Both the position numbers and the translations under genes were made by a program. Of a DNA stretch of 28,131 nt, positions 16,623 to 24,678 are shown piece after piece. Location of the stretch: positions 1 to 28,131 of IMG/VR virus record IMGVR_UViG_3300026270_000023. One strand, 5' to 3'. Origin of the DNA: a virus (taxonomy: Duplodnaviria > Caudoviricetes). The stretch's first letter is position 1, and each line of letters starts with the position of its first letter. The notes beneath the pieces were generated by a model. That model worked only from the letters and a program-made list of their open reading frames with translations, ran no database searches and was not told the origin of the DNA.

Positions 16623-17233
16623 AACGAGAAATATTTCCAGTAACTATATTTCAATCTAGAGTAGATGGAAACGAGATTCTAAAACAAAATCTAGTTCAAC
16701 CTATACTAGATTCTACAGATGAACTAGAAATACCTGAAGACTGGACTACTAGTAAAATTCTTACTTCTTTCAATCAAGAAAAAGATTTCATCGAGAAAGA
16801 TAAAAATATCTTGCTGAACATCTATCACAATACGATTGATGAGTTTTTTGATGATCAATATGGATTGCATTTCACTGATCTTTGGTATAATGTGTATCAA
16901 GATGGCGAGTATCAAGAAACACATGATCATCTATACTCTAAGATAAACCACTCTCATTTCTCGTTCATTCATTTTTTATCCTATGATAAAGATGAGCATC
17001 AACCACCTGAATTTTGGGATCCTCTTAAATCTATGAGGTATTTGAGTCTGGAGATGAACTCAAATAATTGTGGTGAAGTGTATGTTCCAAAAATTGAGGA
17101 AGGAGACTTGTTGATGTTCCCTTCATATTTGCAGCACTGTGTACCACCTGGCAAGGCAACTGAAAAACCAAGAATAACAATCTCATTCAATGCAATCGTA
17201 ACACTATACGGAGACGAACGCAGAGTCTACTGA
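16619..17233 (+). CDS. 2OG-Fe(II) oxygenase, TIGR02466-like (paralog of 14202-14936)
   Basis: WYNVYQDGEYQETHDH; EGDLLMFPSYLQHCV..RITISFN. Confidence 0.85.
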   Translation: MKREIFPVTIFQSRVDGNEILKQNLVQPILDSTDELEIPEDWTTSKILTSFNQEKDFIEKDKNILLNIYHNTIDEFFDDQYGLHFTDLWYNVYQDGEYQETHDHLYSKINHSHFSFIHFLSYDKDEHQPPEFWDPLKSMRYLSLEMNSNNCGEVYVPKIEEGDLLMFPSYLQHCVPPGKATEKPRITISFNAIVTLYGDERRVY

Positions 17234-17236
17234 GTT

Positions 17237-17292
17237 GATCCAGTTCCTAGACTGTCCACAGGGTGTCATAGTGGATGATTCTCTGCTATACT
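17237..17292 (+). promoter_or_regulatory. Palindromic box plus extended -10 promoter (copy 1)
   Basis: GATCCAGTTcctaGACTGTCCAC, then TGcTATACT (-10 at 17287-17292). Confidence 0.65.
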
Positions 17293-17316
17293 CTATTCAT
17301 ACCAAACAGGACTAAC

Positions 17317-18477
17317 GTGATCACCCTTCGCCCCCACCAGCACAACGCTCTGGAAGCGATGCAGAACCACGCCAAAGGTCAGGTTATCATCCCTACGGGT
17401 GGTGGCAAGACTATTTGTATGATCGAAGATGCTAAAGCACGATTCGATTCTGATGGTCCTACAAGGATTGTTGTAGTTGCTCCTCGTATTCTTCTGGCAG
17501 CACAACTCTGCAAAGAGTTTTTGGAAGTCATTGACAACGCTGCTGTGTTTCACGTTCACAGTGGAGAAACCGAACACTTTAGTAGCACTAAACCTGCTTA
17601 TATTGAGAGGTGGTGTAAACAAGCGTATCGAAATCAACTGATTTTTACTACATATCATTCGTTACACCGTATTCAGGAGGCAGGACTTGAGGTCGATACG
17701 ATCTACTTTGATGAAGCGCATAATTCTGTGCAGAGAAACTTTTTCCCTGCTACGGAGCACTTTGCTGCTGATTCTGGTCGTTGCTACTTTTTCACTGCTA
17801 CTCCTAAGCACTCTGTTACTATTTTCAAGCCAGGTATGAATGATGGGGCAGTGTATGGTCAGGTAATTTGTAATGTTTCTGCTCCTAAACTTGTTGATGA
17901 AGGATATATTCTTCCTCCAAAGGTAGTTGTCAAGCAACTGCCTCAAGGTGACTTCAGACTCACAGATTCGCAGAATTTGATTGAGACTATTGATGATAAT
18001 TCGCTTGATAAAATTCTGATTGCTGCACGTTCTACTAAGCAGATTGTGCGCCTAGTTTCTGATTCTGATTTCTGCCTTCAACTTGAGAAGCGTGGTTACC
18101 ACTGGATGTATATCACTAGCAAGACTGGTGCTATCATCGATGGTAAGAAAGTATCGCGTGAAGAGTTTTTCAAGACTCTGAATCAATGGGGCACAGAAGA
18201 GAACCGTAAGTTTGTTGTTATGCACCACTCGATTCTGTCTGAAGGTATCAATGTGAAAGGACTTGAAGCAGTTCTGTTTATGCGTAATATGGATTATATC
18301 GGTATTAGTCAGTCAATCGGTCGTGTAATCCGTCTAGGAGGCGCTGAGAAGACGTTTGGACTTGTATGTGTGCCAGTCTATGATAAAGTGGGCATTGGCA
18401 CTGCTCGGAGCGTTCAGGCGGTTGTTGATACCGTATTTGAACAAGGTGAACCCGCTATCTCTATTATTCGTCGATGA
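17317..18477 (+). CDS. SF2 helicase, type III restriction Res/DEAH-like
   Basis: Likely GTG start at 17317; LRPHQ Q-motif, PTGGGKT, DEAH, TAT, LSEGIN, QSIGRVIR. Confidence 0.9.
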   Translation: MITLRPHQHNALEAMQNHAKGQVIIPTGGGKTICMIEDAKARFDSDGPTRIVVVAPRILLAAQLCKEFLEVIDNAAVFHVHSGETEHFSSTKPAYIERWCKQAYRNQLIFTTYHSLHRIQEAGLEVDTIYFDEAHNSVQRNFFPATEHFAADSGRCYFFTATPKHSVTIFKPGMNDGAVYGQVICNVSAPKLVDEGYILPPKVVVKQLPQGDFRLTDSQNLIETIDDNSLDKILIAARSTKQIVRLVSDSDFCLQLEKRGYHWMYITSKTGAIIDGKKVSREEFFKTLNQWGTEENRKFVVMHHSILSEGINVKGLEAVLFMRNMDYIGISQSIGRVIRLGGAEKTFGLVCVPVYDKVGIGTARSVQAVVDTVFEQGEPAISIIRR

Positions 18478-18998
18478 TTGATTTTAATACGTTTCAACTT
18501 GATCGTTTATCTAAACTCTTAGAAACGATTCATGATTACACTGATAACAATCTAAGGTATCCCAAAGCAGGAGAACTTGTAGAGAAAGCACTTGCTGAGT
18601 ATAGTAATGGTCTTCTCAAGAGGGTAAATCTTCCTGGCATTGATTTAATTGGTCCTAACGATACATCTTATGAGTCAAAGGTAACTCAATTCGCCAATAA
18701 ATCACAGATGGCGGTGAGAGGATTGATTCTTAAAAATCGACGTGCTGCTAAAGATTATGAAGACAAACTTGCAGATTACTTTATCATCACTGATGTGAAA
18801 AAAGGTAAGGCATGTTGTATTCCTTCCTCTGATCTCTATAATTTCAAAGACACTGGTGCAGTGATGACTGCCAGTGCGGATCCTGAACTTTCTGACTTTT
18901 TCCTCACTGGGTTCAACCACCTAGAAGAGCGTGAGCAGGTCCGCGATTACTTTAGAGAATCTGAAGATTTTGATCTGTCCTTCATCAGATCGATCTGA
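18474..18998 (+). CDS. PD-(D/E)xK nuclease-like (restriction-endonuclease-like) protein
   Basis: GELVE helix, PGIDL..YESK catalytic-like motif; ATGA-coupled to the helicase. Confidence 0.55.
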   Translation: MIDFNTFQLDRLSKLLETIHDYTDNNLRYPKAGELVEKALAEYSNGLLKRVNLPGIDLIGPNDTSYESKVTQFANKSQMAVRGLILKNRRAAKDYEDKLADYFIITDVKKGKACCIPSSDLYNFKDTGAVMTASADPELSDFFLTGFNHLEEREQVRDYFRESEDFDLSFIRSI

Positions 18999-19009
18999 TG
19001 TGCTATACT
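18983..19009 (+). promoter_or_regulatory. Perfect 18-bp palindrome abutting an extended -10
   Basis: CATCAGATCGATCTGATG (18983-19000), then TGcTATACT (-10 at 19004-19009). Confidence 0.65.
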
Positions 19010-19032
19010 AAGAACGTCGAAACAAACCGATT

Positions 19033-19173
19033 ATGCGCTGCAAAGTTCAACTCTACGTCGCTGGTAAAGTCTTCAACGAAACTGTTGAGGCTCGCGACTA
19101 TCAGGAAGCAAGGCAGGTAGCACTTGCCCGCAATCCTAATGCAACTGTTATGGGAGTTACTGCCACTTTCTGA
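19033..19173 (+). CDS. Small hypothetical protein (46 aa)
   Basis: Not in the ORF track; MRCKVQLYVAGKVFNETVEARDYQEARQVALARNPNATVMGVTATF; TGATG-coupled to the next ORF. Confidence 0.8.
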   Translation: MRCKVQLYVAGKVFNETVEARDYQEARQVALARNPNATVMGVTATF

Positions 19174-19400
19174 TGGGATTTCTGAAACCTCACATAGAAC
19201 GTCCTGGGATTCTTAATCCCAAACCTGGCAATCCTCTGGGTTACTGTACTAACGATGGTATGTGGGCAGCAATCCCTTTTGGAAAAAAATTTATCATCAT
19301 ACATAATGGTGAACAAGTCAAAGTTCTAAACACCTACAAACAATCCATCGATTTCATCAAAAATCAACTGAAAACCACTAAAAGAAAAAGAGCAAAATGA
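19173..19400 (+). CDS. Hypothetical protein
   Basis: 75-aa ORF in a translationally coupled chain. Confidence 0.7.
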   Translation: MGFLKPHIERPGILNPKPGNPLGYCTNDGMWAAIPFGKKFIIIHNGEQVKVLNTYKQSIDFIKNQLKTTKRKRAK

Positions 19401-19579
19401 GTTGCACCAAACAACAAAAAAGACGTGATGCACTTGGTCTAATGATTGAAAGTGTTATCAAACCCGATAGTCGTCTCCGTGGTTGTGCTCACAACCAAGA
19501 GTGTTTTTATGAGTTAATGGAGTGGAGACAGGAAATGATTGAATATCTTGAAAAGAGACGTTATGAGGAGTCTGAGTGA
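19397..19579 (+). CDS. Hypothetical protein
   Basis: 60 aa, ATGA overlap. Confidence 0.7.
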   Translation: MSCTKQQKRRDALGLMIESVIKPDSRLRGCAHNQECFYELMEWRQEMIEYLEKRRYEESE

Positions 19580-19809
19580 CTCCTTCGCTCATAATAATTG
19601 CAGTGGCATCATTCTTCATTTTAACTAATGATAATGTTGCCGCTGCTTTTTACTTTGTGCTTAGGTTAGCGAGAGCAAACATTAAACGCCAGATCTGGTG
19701 GTTGTTTAACAATCCTGCCAATCCTGTGGTAAAATATATTGTTTACCGTCGCTCACTCAAAACATCCAAAGAGTTGATAGCGGAAATAAATAAAAATAAC
19801 GAAACATAA
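19576..19809 (+). CDS. Hypothetical protein with hydrophobic N-terminus
   Basis: GGAG RBS, GTGA overlap. Confidence 0.65.
   Translation: MTPSLIIIAVASFFILTNDNVAAAFYFVLRLARANIKRQIWWLFNNPANPVVKYIVYRRSLKTSKELIAEINKNNET
19785..19792 (+). promoter_or_regulatory. T4-like late promoter
   Basis: AATAAATA upstream of the ATG at 19814. Confidence 0.5.
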
Positions 19810-19813
19810 ACTT

Positions 19814-20128
19814 ATGTTATCTACTGCCTATCGTCTTCGTCTTGAATTTATTTGTAAATGTATTGCTAATGGGGAAGAAGTAAAACTTGATGATATGGTT
19901 TGGGTACAGAAACTTGCCAAAGCAAATACTACAGCAAATGAAATGCTGAAGAAAGCGCGAAGACAATCTTCACAAGATATTCAAGAAGGTAGTATGGATG
20001 ATTTTATGAATAGGATGGGATTAGGTGATCCCGACCCATCCAATTACAAAACAGGATTTGATAGCGCAGAAGATATTAGAGATTGGTTTCAACGTGATAA
20101 ACCTGATGATTGGAGGCAACGTGATTGA
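19814..20128 (+). CDS. Hypothetical protein
   Basis: 104 aa; MLSTAYRLRLE..KPDDWRQRD. Confidence 0.8.
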   Translation: MLSTAYRLRLEFICKCIANGEEVKLDDMVWVQKLAKANTTANEMLKKARRQSSQDIQEGSMDDFMNRMGLGDPDPSNYKTGFDSAEDIRDWFQRDKPDDWRQRD

Positions 20129-20131
20129 CAG

Positions 20132-20404
20132 ATGAAAGACCACATTCCAGATAATATCAGACAATATGCTTTCACCTGTTTTAGTGTATTGACTGAACGT
20201 GAGAGAGCAGTTATACTGATGGGTGAGGAAGCATACAGAGAATCATTAGATCTTGAGAATGATGATGCTCCTTGCTGGAAAATGGATTCAGGTGAAACAT
20301 ACGGATTTGTTGGTTGGAATCCTCAGTGTATTCCAAGTATTGAATATATCGTATGGAAACTTGACCGACTACAAAAAATTATATCAGGAGAGATTAAAGG
20401 ATGA
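20132..20404 (+). CDS. Hypothetical protein
   Basis: 90-aa ORF in the operon. Confidence 0.7.
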   Translation: MKDHIPDNIRQYAFTCFSVLTERERAVILMGEEAYRESLDLENDDAPCWKMDSGETYGFVGWNPQCIPSIEYIVWKLDRLQKIISGEIKG

Positions 20405-20622
20405 GTGAATTTGACAAGATTACACCTCAAACATACATTGATATGAATAAAGAGTTTGAGGAAGAAGGCACTATGGTAAGAATAGAAGTTCCCACACAGG
20501 AACAGATTGATAAATGGAAGCAGTGGAAAGTTCCAGATATGCACGAACGAACTACACCAACACCAGATATGGTTCAAGATATGTGGGATGCTATCGGAGG
20601 AAGACCTGGAGAAAAGAAATGA
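20401..20622 (+). CDS. Hypothetical protein
   Basis: 73 aa, ATGA overlaps on both sides. Confidence 0.7.
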   Translation: MSEFDKITPQTYIDMNKEFEEEGTMVRIEVPTQEQIDKWKQWKVPDMHERTTPTPDMVQDMWDAIGGRPGEKK

Positions 20623-21329
20623 AAATCGGACCAGAAGTGAATAAACCAATCGTATTTGGTAAAGTAAAAACTGTTTATCAGGGTATAGAAGATGAAGAAG
20701 TTCTGATTCATTATCACGATAAAGTTACCGCAGGCAATGGTGTTAAAGAAGAAAACTTCAAAGGTAAGGGAAAACTTACTGCTGAAATTTCTTCTCTGAT
20801 TTTCAAAGAATTAGAAAAAGCAGGAATCAATACACACTTCATTCAGTCTGCTGGACCAGGAATGATGCGATGTAAGAAGGTTGCAATTATTCCTATTGAA
20901 GTTGTAGTTAGAAACATTGCTGATGGTTCTATTGTAAGACAAACAACGATCTCCAAAGATACTGTATTCAATCCACCTCTGATTGAGTTTTATTTGAAAG
21001 ATGATAGTAAAAATGATCCTCTTTTGACTGAAGATAGGTTATCTCTGATGGGATATAAAAATCTAAGTCTAATCAAACAATATGCTAAAGAAGTAAATAC
21101 TATTGTCTGTGATCTTTTTAATAAAATTGGAATTGTTTTAGTTGATTTTAAGTTGGAGTTTGGTTCAACTGTTGAAGGTAAGATTGTTGTTGCAGATGAA
21201 ATTAGTCCAGATGGATGTAGATTACGCAACTTAAATAATGAAAGTATGGACAAAGATTTGTTCAGAAAAAATGAGGGTGATATTATTGAAGCATATACAC
21301 AAATACTGAACTCATTAAAGGAAATTTGA
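20619..21329 (+). CDS. purC: SAICAR synthetase
   Basis: GKVKTVY, IPIEVVVRNIADGS, EFYLKDD..DP, LVDFKLEFG, ADEISPDGCRL, MDKDLFR; start re-set to ATG 20619. Confidence 0.95.
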   Translation: MKIGPEVNKPIVFGKVKTVYQGIEDEEVLIHYHDKVTAGNGVKEENFKGKGKLTAEISSLIFKELEKAGINTHFIQSAGPGMMRCKKVAIIPIEVVVRNIADGSIVRQTTISKDTVFNPPLIEFYLKDDSKNDPLLTEDRLSLMGYKNLSLIKQYAKEVNTIVCDLFNKIGIVLVDFKLEFGSTVEGKIVVADEISPDGCRLRNLNNESMDKDLFRKNEGDIIEAYTQILNSLKEI

Positions 21330-21602
21330 ATGAAATTTAAGGCAAAAGTTTATGTTAGATTGAGAGCAGCAGTTGATGATTCTGCTGGTAATGCTGTAAG
21401 GGATGCTTGCAGCAGACTATCTGATTTGAAAATGCAAAAATTGAGGTTGGGTAAATTGATTGAGATTGATTTTGAAGCACCTGACAAAGAATATGCTGAA
21501 AAAGAAATTGAAATGCTCAGTGATAGATTATTTGCTAATGTTGTGATTGAGGATTATGAATGGAGTGTAACATCAAACGAATCTAATCAGGAGAAAAACT
21601 AA
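21330..21602 (+). CDS. purS: Phosphoribosylformylglycinamidine synthase subunit PurS
   Basis: KAKVYVRLR..VDD.AG.AV, RLGKLIEI, LFANVVIEDY; adjacent to purC. Confidence 0.9.
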   Translation: MKFKAKVYVRLRAAVDDSAGNAVRDACSRLSDLKMQKLRLGKLIEIDFEAPDKEYAEKEIEMLSDRLFANVVIEDYEWSVTSNESNQEKN

Positions 21603-21838
21603 TGGGTCCTATAGTTTTATACAGCAACGGTAATCAGGAATGTGAACGTGCTAGAACACTTTTAGAAACGTTAAATATTCAAATACAAGAATATAAACTT
21701 GGTAATCACTTTACAGAGAGATCATTTGTCTCTGAATTTGGTACAGAAGCAGAATATCCACAGGTTGCTATTGGATATAAGCATATTGGTGGATTAAAAG
21801 ATACACTACACTTCTTTCAAGAGAATAACTTGCTATGA
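21602..21838 (+). CDS. Glutaredoxin-like protein (single Cys)
   Basis: IVLYS..NQECERA, YPQV, HIGG Grx motifs. Confidence 0.75.
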   Translation: MGPIVLYSNGNQECERARTLLETLNIQIQEYKLGNHFTERSFVSEFGTEAEYPQVAIGYKHIGGLKDTLHFFQENNLL

Positions 21839-22044
21839 AACCATTAGTCCTTATTGCTTGTTTATCACCGATAGCAATCATTTGGATAGTAATGAAATTA
21901 AGTTTGTGGATTTTCGCTGTTAATCAAGAACAGAGTTATGTCAGATCCGAATCTAAAAAACCACACGGACCTTATGTGGCGGACGCATATGCGGACGTTG
22001 ATGAGGAGGAAGAAGAATATGGAGATCGCACAGATTATAGATGA
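21835..22044 (+). CDS. Hypothetical membrane-anchored protein
   Basis: Hydrophobic N-terminus, acidic C-terminus. Confidence 0.65.
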   Translation: MKPLVLIACLSPIAIIWIVMKLSLWIFAVNQEQSYVRSESKKPHGPYVADAYADVDEEEEEYGDRTDYR

Positions 22045-22168
22045 TGTTCTTTATGAATACTACACTGTAGAAAGGAGTTTACCCGTTCCTAATTGGAAAT
22101 GCAAAACAAATCCTGATTGGTGGATAGAATATCTTAAGGAACTGGGTGTTGACCCAAACAATAGATAG
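22019..22168 (+). CDS. Small hypothetical protein (49 aa)
   Basis: Start re-set to ATG 22019 (GAGGAG upstream); MEIAQIIDDVLYEYY.. Confidence 0.6.
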   Translation: MEIAQIIDDVLYEYYTVERSLPVPNWKCKTNPDWWIEYLKELGVDPNNR

Positions 22169-22177
22169 TGCTATAAT
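22149..22177 (+). promoter_or_regulatory. Sigma70-type promoter
   Basis: TTGACC-17 nt-TATAAT with extended TG. Confidence 0.85.
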
Positions 22178-22199
22178 ACGTTCGTAAGAACCTCACATA

Positions 22200-22394
22200 A
22201 TGGACTACAAACCCTATACACCAGAGTGGCACCGAAAGAGGTACCTTAAAGAAGCTTTAGACACGTATTTTGATGACTATGTGGATATTGAAATTATCCG
22301 CGAAGACATCTATGATATTCTTCACTCACGAGCGAATGAAGCATATCAAGAATATGATCGTGTAAACAAATTAGCACAATCCCTTAATGATTAG
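22200..22394 (+). CDS. Hypothetical protein
   Basis: 64 aa; first gene after the promoter. Confidence 0.75.
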   Translation: MDYKPYTPEWHRKRYLKEALDTYFDDYVDIEIIREDIYDILHSRANEAYQEYDRVNKLAQSLND

Positions 22395-22431
22395 TGTTAA
22401 ATTTGATAGATAGTTAAAATAGGATAATCGA

Positions 22432-22599
22432 ATGTTTTTTCTTTCAAATCCACCAGTTTATTTTTTACCAGGAACTTGGGAAAGTGTAAGCACCAGTTTG
22501 TATGATCCCATTTTTGGATTAGTTTCTTTCTCAGCAGTTACTTTATCTGCTGTTGCAATTTCTATGATGACCTTAAAAAGATCTAGGAAAAAAGCATAA
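22432..22599 (+). CDS. Small single-pass membrane protein (55 aa)
   Basis: Not in the ORF track; MFFLSNPPVYFLPGTWE..IFGLVSFSAVTLSAVAISMMTLKRSRKKA; AGGA RBS; TAATG coupling. Confidence 0.65.
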   Translation: MFFLSNPPVYFLPGTWESVSTSLYDPIFGLVSFSAVTLSAVAISMMTLKRSRKKA

Positions 22600-22781
22600 T
22601 GGAAGAAAGGAAAAAGAATGAGATTCTGTGGCAACTCCATACAATAGGAATGACACTCAGTGAAGATTATGAGTTGAAACACTATAATTGCTTTAATTAT
22701 GGTGAGAAAAAAACCAGTTTTGAAAAATATGTGATAGAATACAACCATCGAAATGAATCCGATGGAAACGATCAAACCTGA
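22599..22781 (+). CDS. Hypothetical protein
   Basis: 60-aa coupled ORF. Confidence 0.6.
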   Translation: MEERKKNEILWQLHTIGMTLSEDYELKHYNCFNYGEKKTSFEKYVIEYNHRNESDGNDQT

Positions 22782-22980
22782 TGATCCCCAATACTTTGAA
22801 CAAACATCATACGACGATTATGATCGCCACCAATACAAAGTTGTAAGCAAAGGTGGTGAGAGTGTCGTCGTTGATGATTATATGGCGGTACAGGAAATAT
22901 GGTGGAATCGAGGGAGATTTATTTCACACGTTGAAGTTCTTGACAGGAAAATTCAAAATGAAACTAAAGGGTTCAAATGA
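22753..22980 (+). CDS. Hypothetical protein
   Basis: 75 aa ending in KGFK. Confidence 0.7.
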   Translation: MNPMETIKPDDPQYFEQTSYDDYDRHQYKVVSKGGESVVVDDYMAVQEIWWNRGRFISHVEVLDRKIQNETKGFK

Positions 22981-23252
22981 GCACTCAACCGAGGAAGAAA
23001 TCTACTACAACTCCGAAAGCGAAGGTAAAGACCTCAAAGAATACTGGCAAAAAGAAACCAACACAAAAACTCAAACGGAAACAACTTCCGACTGAAGAGT
23101 TACATCCATTTTCAGAATTTCCTTGTCGATTAGAATACCAGGATGGAAAAGATCACAGAGTCTGCCACTTCCAATGTGAAGAACACAGAATCAAGCACAT
23201 TGCCAGATACAAACTCCGCAAAGGAAGTTACTTTACCGACACCCTTACCTAA
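22977..23252 (+). CDS. Hypothetical basic protein
   Basis: Lys/Thr-rich N-terminus; FP.RLEY..CHFQCEEH. Confidence 0.7.
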   Translation: MSTQPRKKSTTTPKAKVKTSKNTGKKKPTQKLKRKQLPTEELHPFSEFPCRLEYQDGKDHRVCHFQCEEHRIKHIARYKLRKGSYFTDTLT

Positions 23253-23257
23253 TATAA

Positions 23258-23370
23258 TGATGTTAGGTGCTGTTCTACTTGCCACATTAGGTACTATTGT
23301 GTTAGGATACTTCAAGGGCAATATGCACTTGCTTACTGTACTAAAAAACGCTAGGGAGTTTTATTCATGA
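23258..23370 (+). CDS. Possible small membrane protein
   Basis: 3' part of track ORF 23143-23370 (MMLGAVLLATLGTIVLGYFKGNMHL..); exact start approximate. Confidence 0.45.
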
Positions 23371-23537
23371 CTACCAGACAATTTACATCTTCCAGAGGTG
23401 ATACTTGGGAGTGGGAAGAAACACCTGAAGTTATTGCTGCCGTAGCACAACTTCATCAAACTATGAAAGATACTAAAAATCGAATTGCCAATCTTAAACT
23501 GAAAAGACCTCATGAAAGACAAATCAATAACGGTTGA
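23367..23537 (+). CDS. Small hypothetical protein (56 aa)
   Basis: Not in the ORF track; MTTRQFTSSRGDTWEWEETPEV..; GGAG RBS and ATGA overlap. Confidence 0.65.
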   Translation: MTTRQFTSSRGDTWEWEETPEVIAAVAQLHQTMKDTKNRIANLKLKRPHERQINNG

Positions 23538-23838
23538 AGACTACGAAAAGTATAGCGGAGAGTTCTTCGACAAATACTTTTACGTTGCAAAACAACTAGG
23601 TGAAGGTGCAAAAGCAGAGGACATCCTAAAAATTATGGAGTCTCTTGGTGCTGTTGTAATTAAGAAACGAGCGGAAGAGGAAGGTAAAATTGGACCTTTT
23701 GGTTTCATTCGTGATAACATCGAATCTAATAAAGATGGTGTGCCTCTAGTTGATAAACCAGAGGATGTATATCCAAACACAGTAGCAATCTATGATGAAG
23801 AATCTGGAAAATGGGGATGTTATGAACTCGGAGATTAA
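23512..23838 (+). CDS. Hypothetical protein
   Basis: 108-aa ORF. Confidence 0.7.
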   Translation: MKDKSITVEDYEKYSGEFFDKYFYVAKQLGEGAKAEDILKIMESLGAVVIKKRAEEEGKIGPFGFIRDNIESNKDGVPLVDKPEDVYPNTVAIYDEESGKWGCYELGD

Positions 23839-24061
23839 AGTGCCCGAGGGTGCTGAACTTTTCGATGAATGTTTCTACGTTTGGGAGACACGTTTCGGAC
23901 TCTACTCTTCAATGACTACAAAAGGTCGTGAAATGTTGACAGGTGCAGTTAGAGATAACGTCATTATGATGACACGGTGGCATCTCAAGTGTGAGCAAGA
24001 AGGTTGGCCTGAGGGTAGCGTTCGTGTGGTTAATTCTGGTGTTGTTAGTGGCAAATTGTGA
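23822..24061 (+). CDS. Hypothetical protein
   Basis: Likely start ATG 23822; ends VVSGKL. Confidence 0.7.
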   Translation: MNSEIKVPEGAELFDECFYVWETRFGLYSSMTTKGREMLTGAVRDNVIMMTRWHLKCEQEGWPEGSVRVVNSGVVSGKL

Positions 24062-24321
24062 TTCGTAGATTACACGTTTGGTTATGGACTGTTGTGATGG
24101 AACTGGAGGATATATTATATCCTTGGAAAACATCACAACCTCCATCTTGGGCAGTTGAAAGGCACAATCTTCCTGATTCGTATGATGATGAATTGGATCA
24201 TATCCTTCAAAAAGAGTGGATCAAAGCACACGATCAAAAAATCAATAAACTTGAAGAAAATATGATCCTTGCTTTCAATCAAATACATAAGTTGCAGATT
24301 GATATGGAGACTGACAAGTAA
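24058..24321 (+). CDS. Hypothetical protein
   Basis: 87 aa, GTGA overlap. Confidence 0.65.
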   Translation: MIRRLHVWLWTVVMELEDILYPWKTSQPPSWAVERHNLPDSYDDELDHILQKEWIKAHDQKINKLEENMILAFNQIHKLQIDMETDK

Positions 24322-24500
24322 TGTATGAAGAACTAAACTGTTTTGAAGAGGCATTAAAACACTTCGGAACTAGGGTAGAATTTGCTATTGCTATGGAAAT
24401 GGGTAAGAAATTATCTGCTGAAGAAGCATATCAAGTAATCAAAAGTGAACTTAAAGAACTCAAATCCTGTCGTAAACAATTTAAGAAAGATGGATGCTAA
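24321..24500 (+). CDS. Small helical hypothetical protein (59 aa)
   Basis: Not in the ORF track; MYEELNCFEEALKHFGTRVEFAIAMEMGKKLSAEEAYQVIKSELKELK.. Confidence 0.7.
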   Translation: MYEELNCFEEALKHFGTRVEFAIAMEMGKKLSAEEAYQVIKSELKELKSCRKQFKKDGC

Positions 24501-24678
24501 CATAGGAATCAGTGATTCTCTCAAAGTTGAACAAAATCAAGACGGAACATTTACCCTTGAGTGGGATAAGAATGATCCTCAGTGGAATTTCTTGAATGGA
24601 TTGACAAGTAAAGAAATCACTGCTATCATAGAACAAGCAATTACAATGGAAGAAAATGGACCTCTACCAGAAGGTTGA
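24490..24678 (+). CDS. Hypothetical protein
   Basis: Likely start ATG 24490; DGTFTLEWDKNDPQW. Confidence 0.65.
   Translation: MDANIGISDSLKVEQNQDGTFTLEWDKNDPQWNFLNGLTSKEITAIIEQAITMEENGPLPEG

Noticed and set aside
17275-17316. Helicase start at 17275
   Set aside because: Lies upstream of the -10 element; GTG 17317 with AGGA upstream fits better
20514-20618. N-terminal extension of PurC in the ORF track
   Set aside because: Overlaps the 20401-20622 gene; ATG 20619 gives a normal-length PurC with an ATGA overlap
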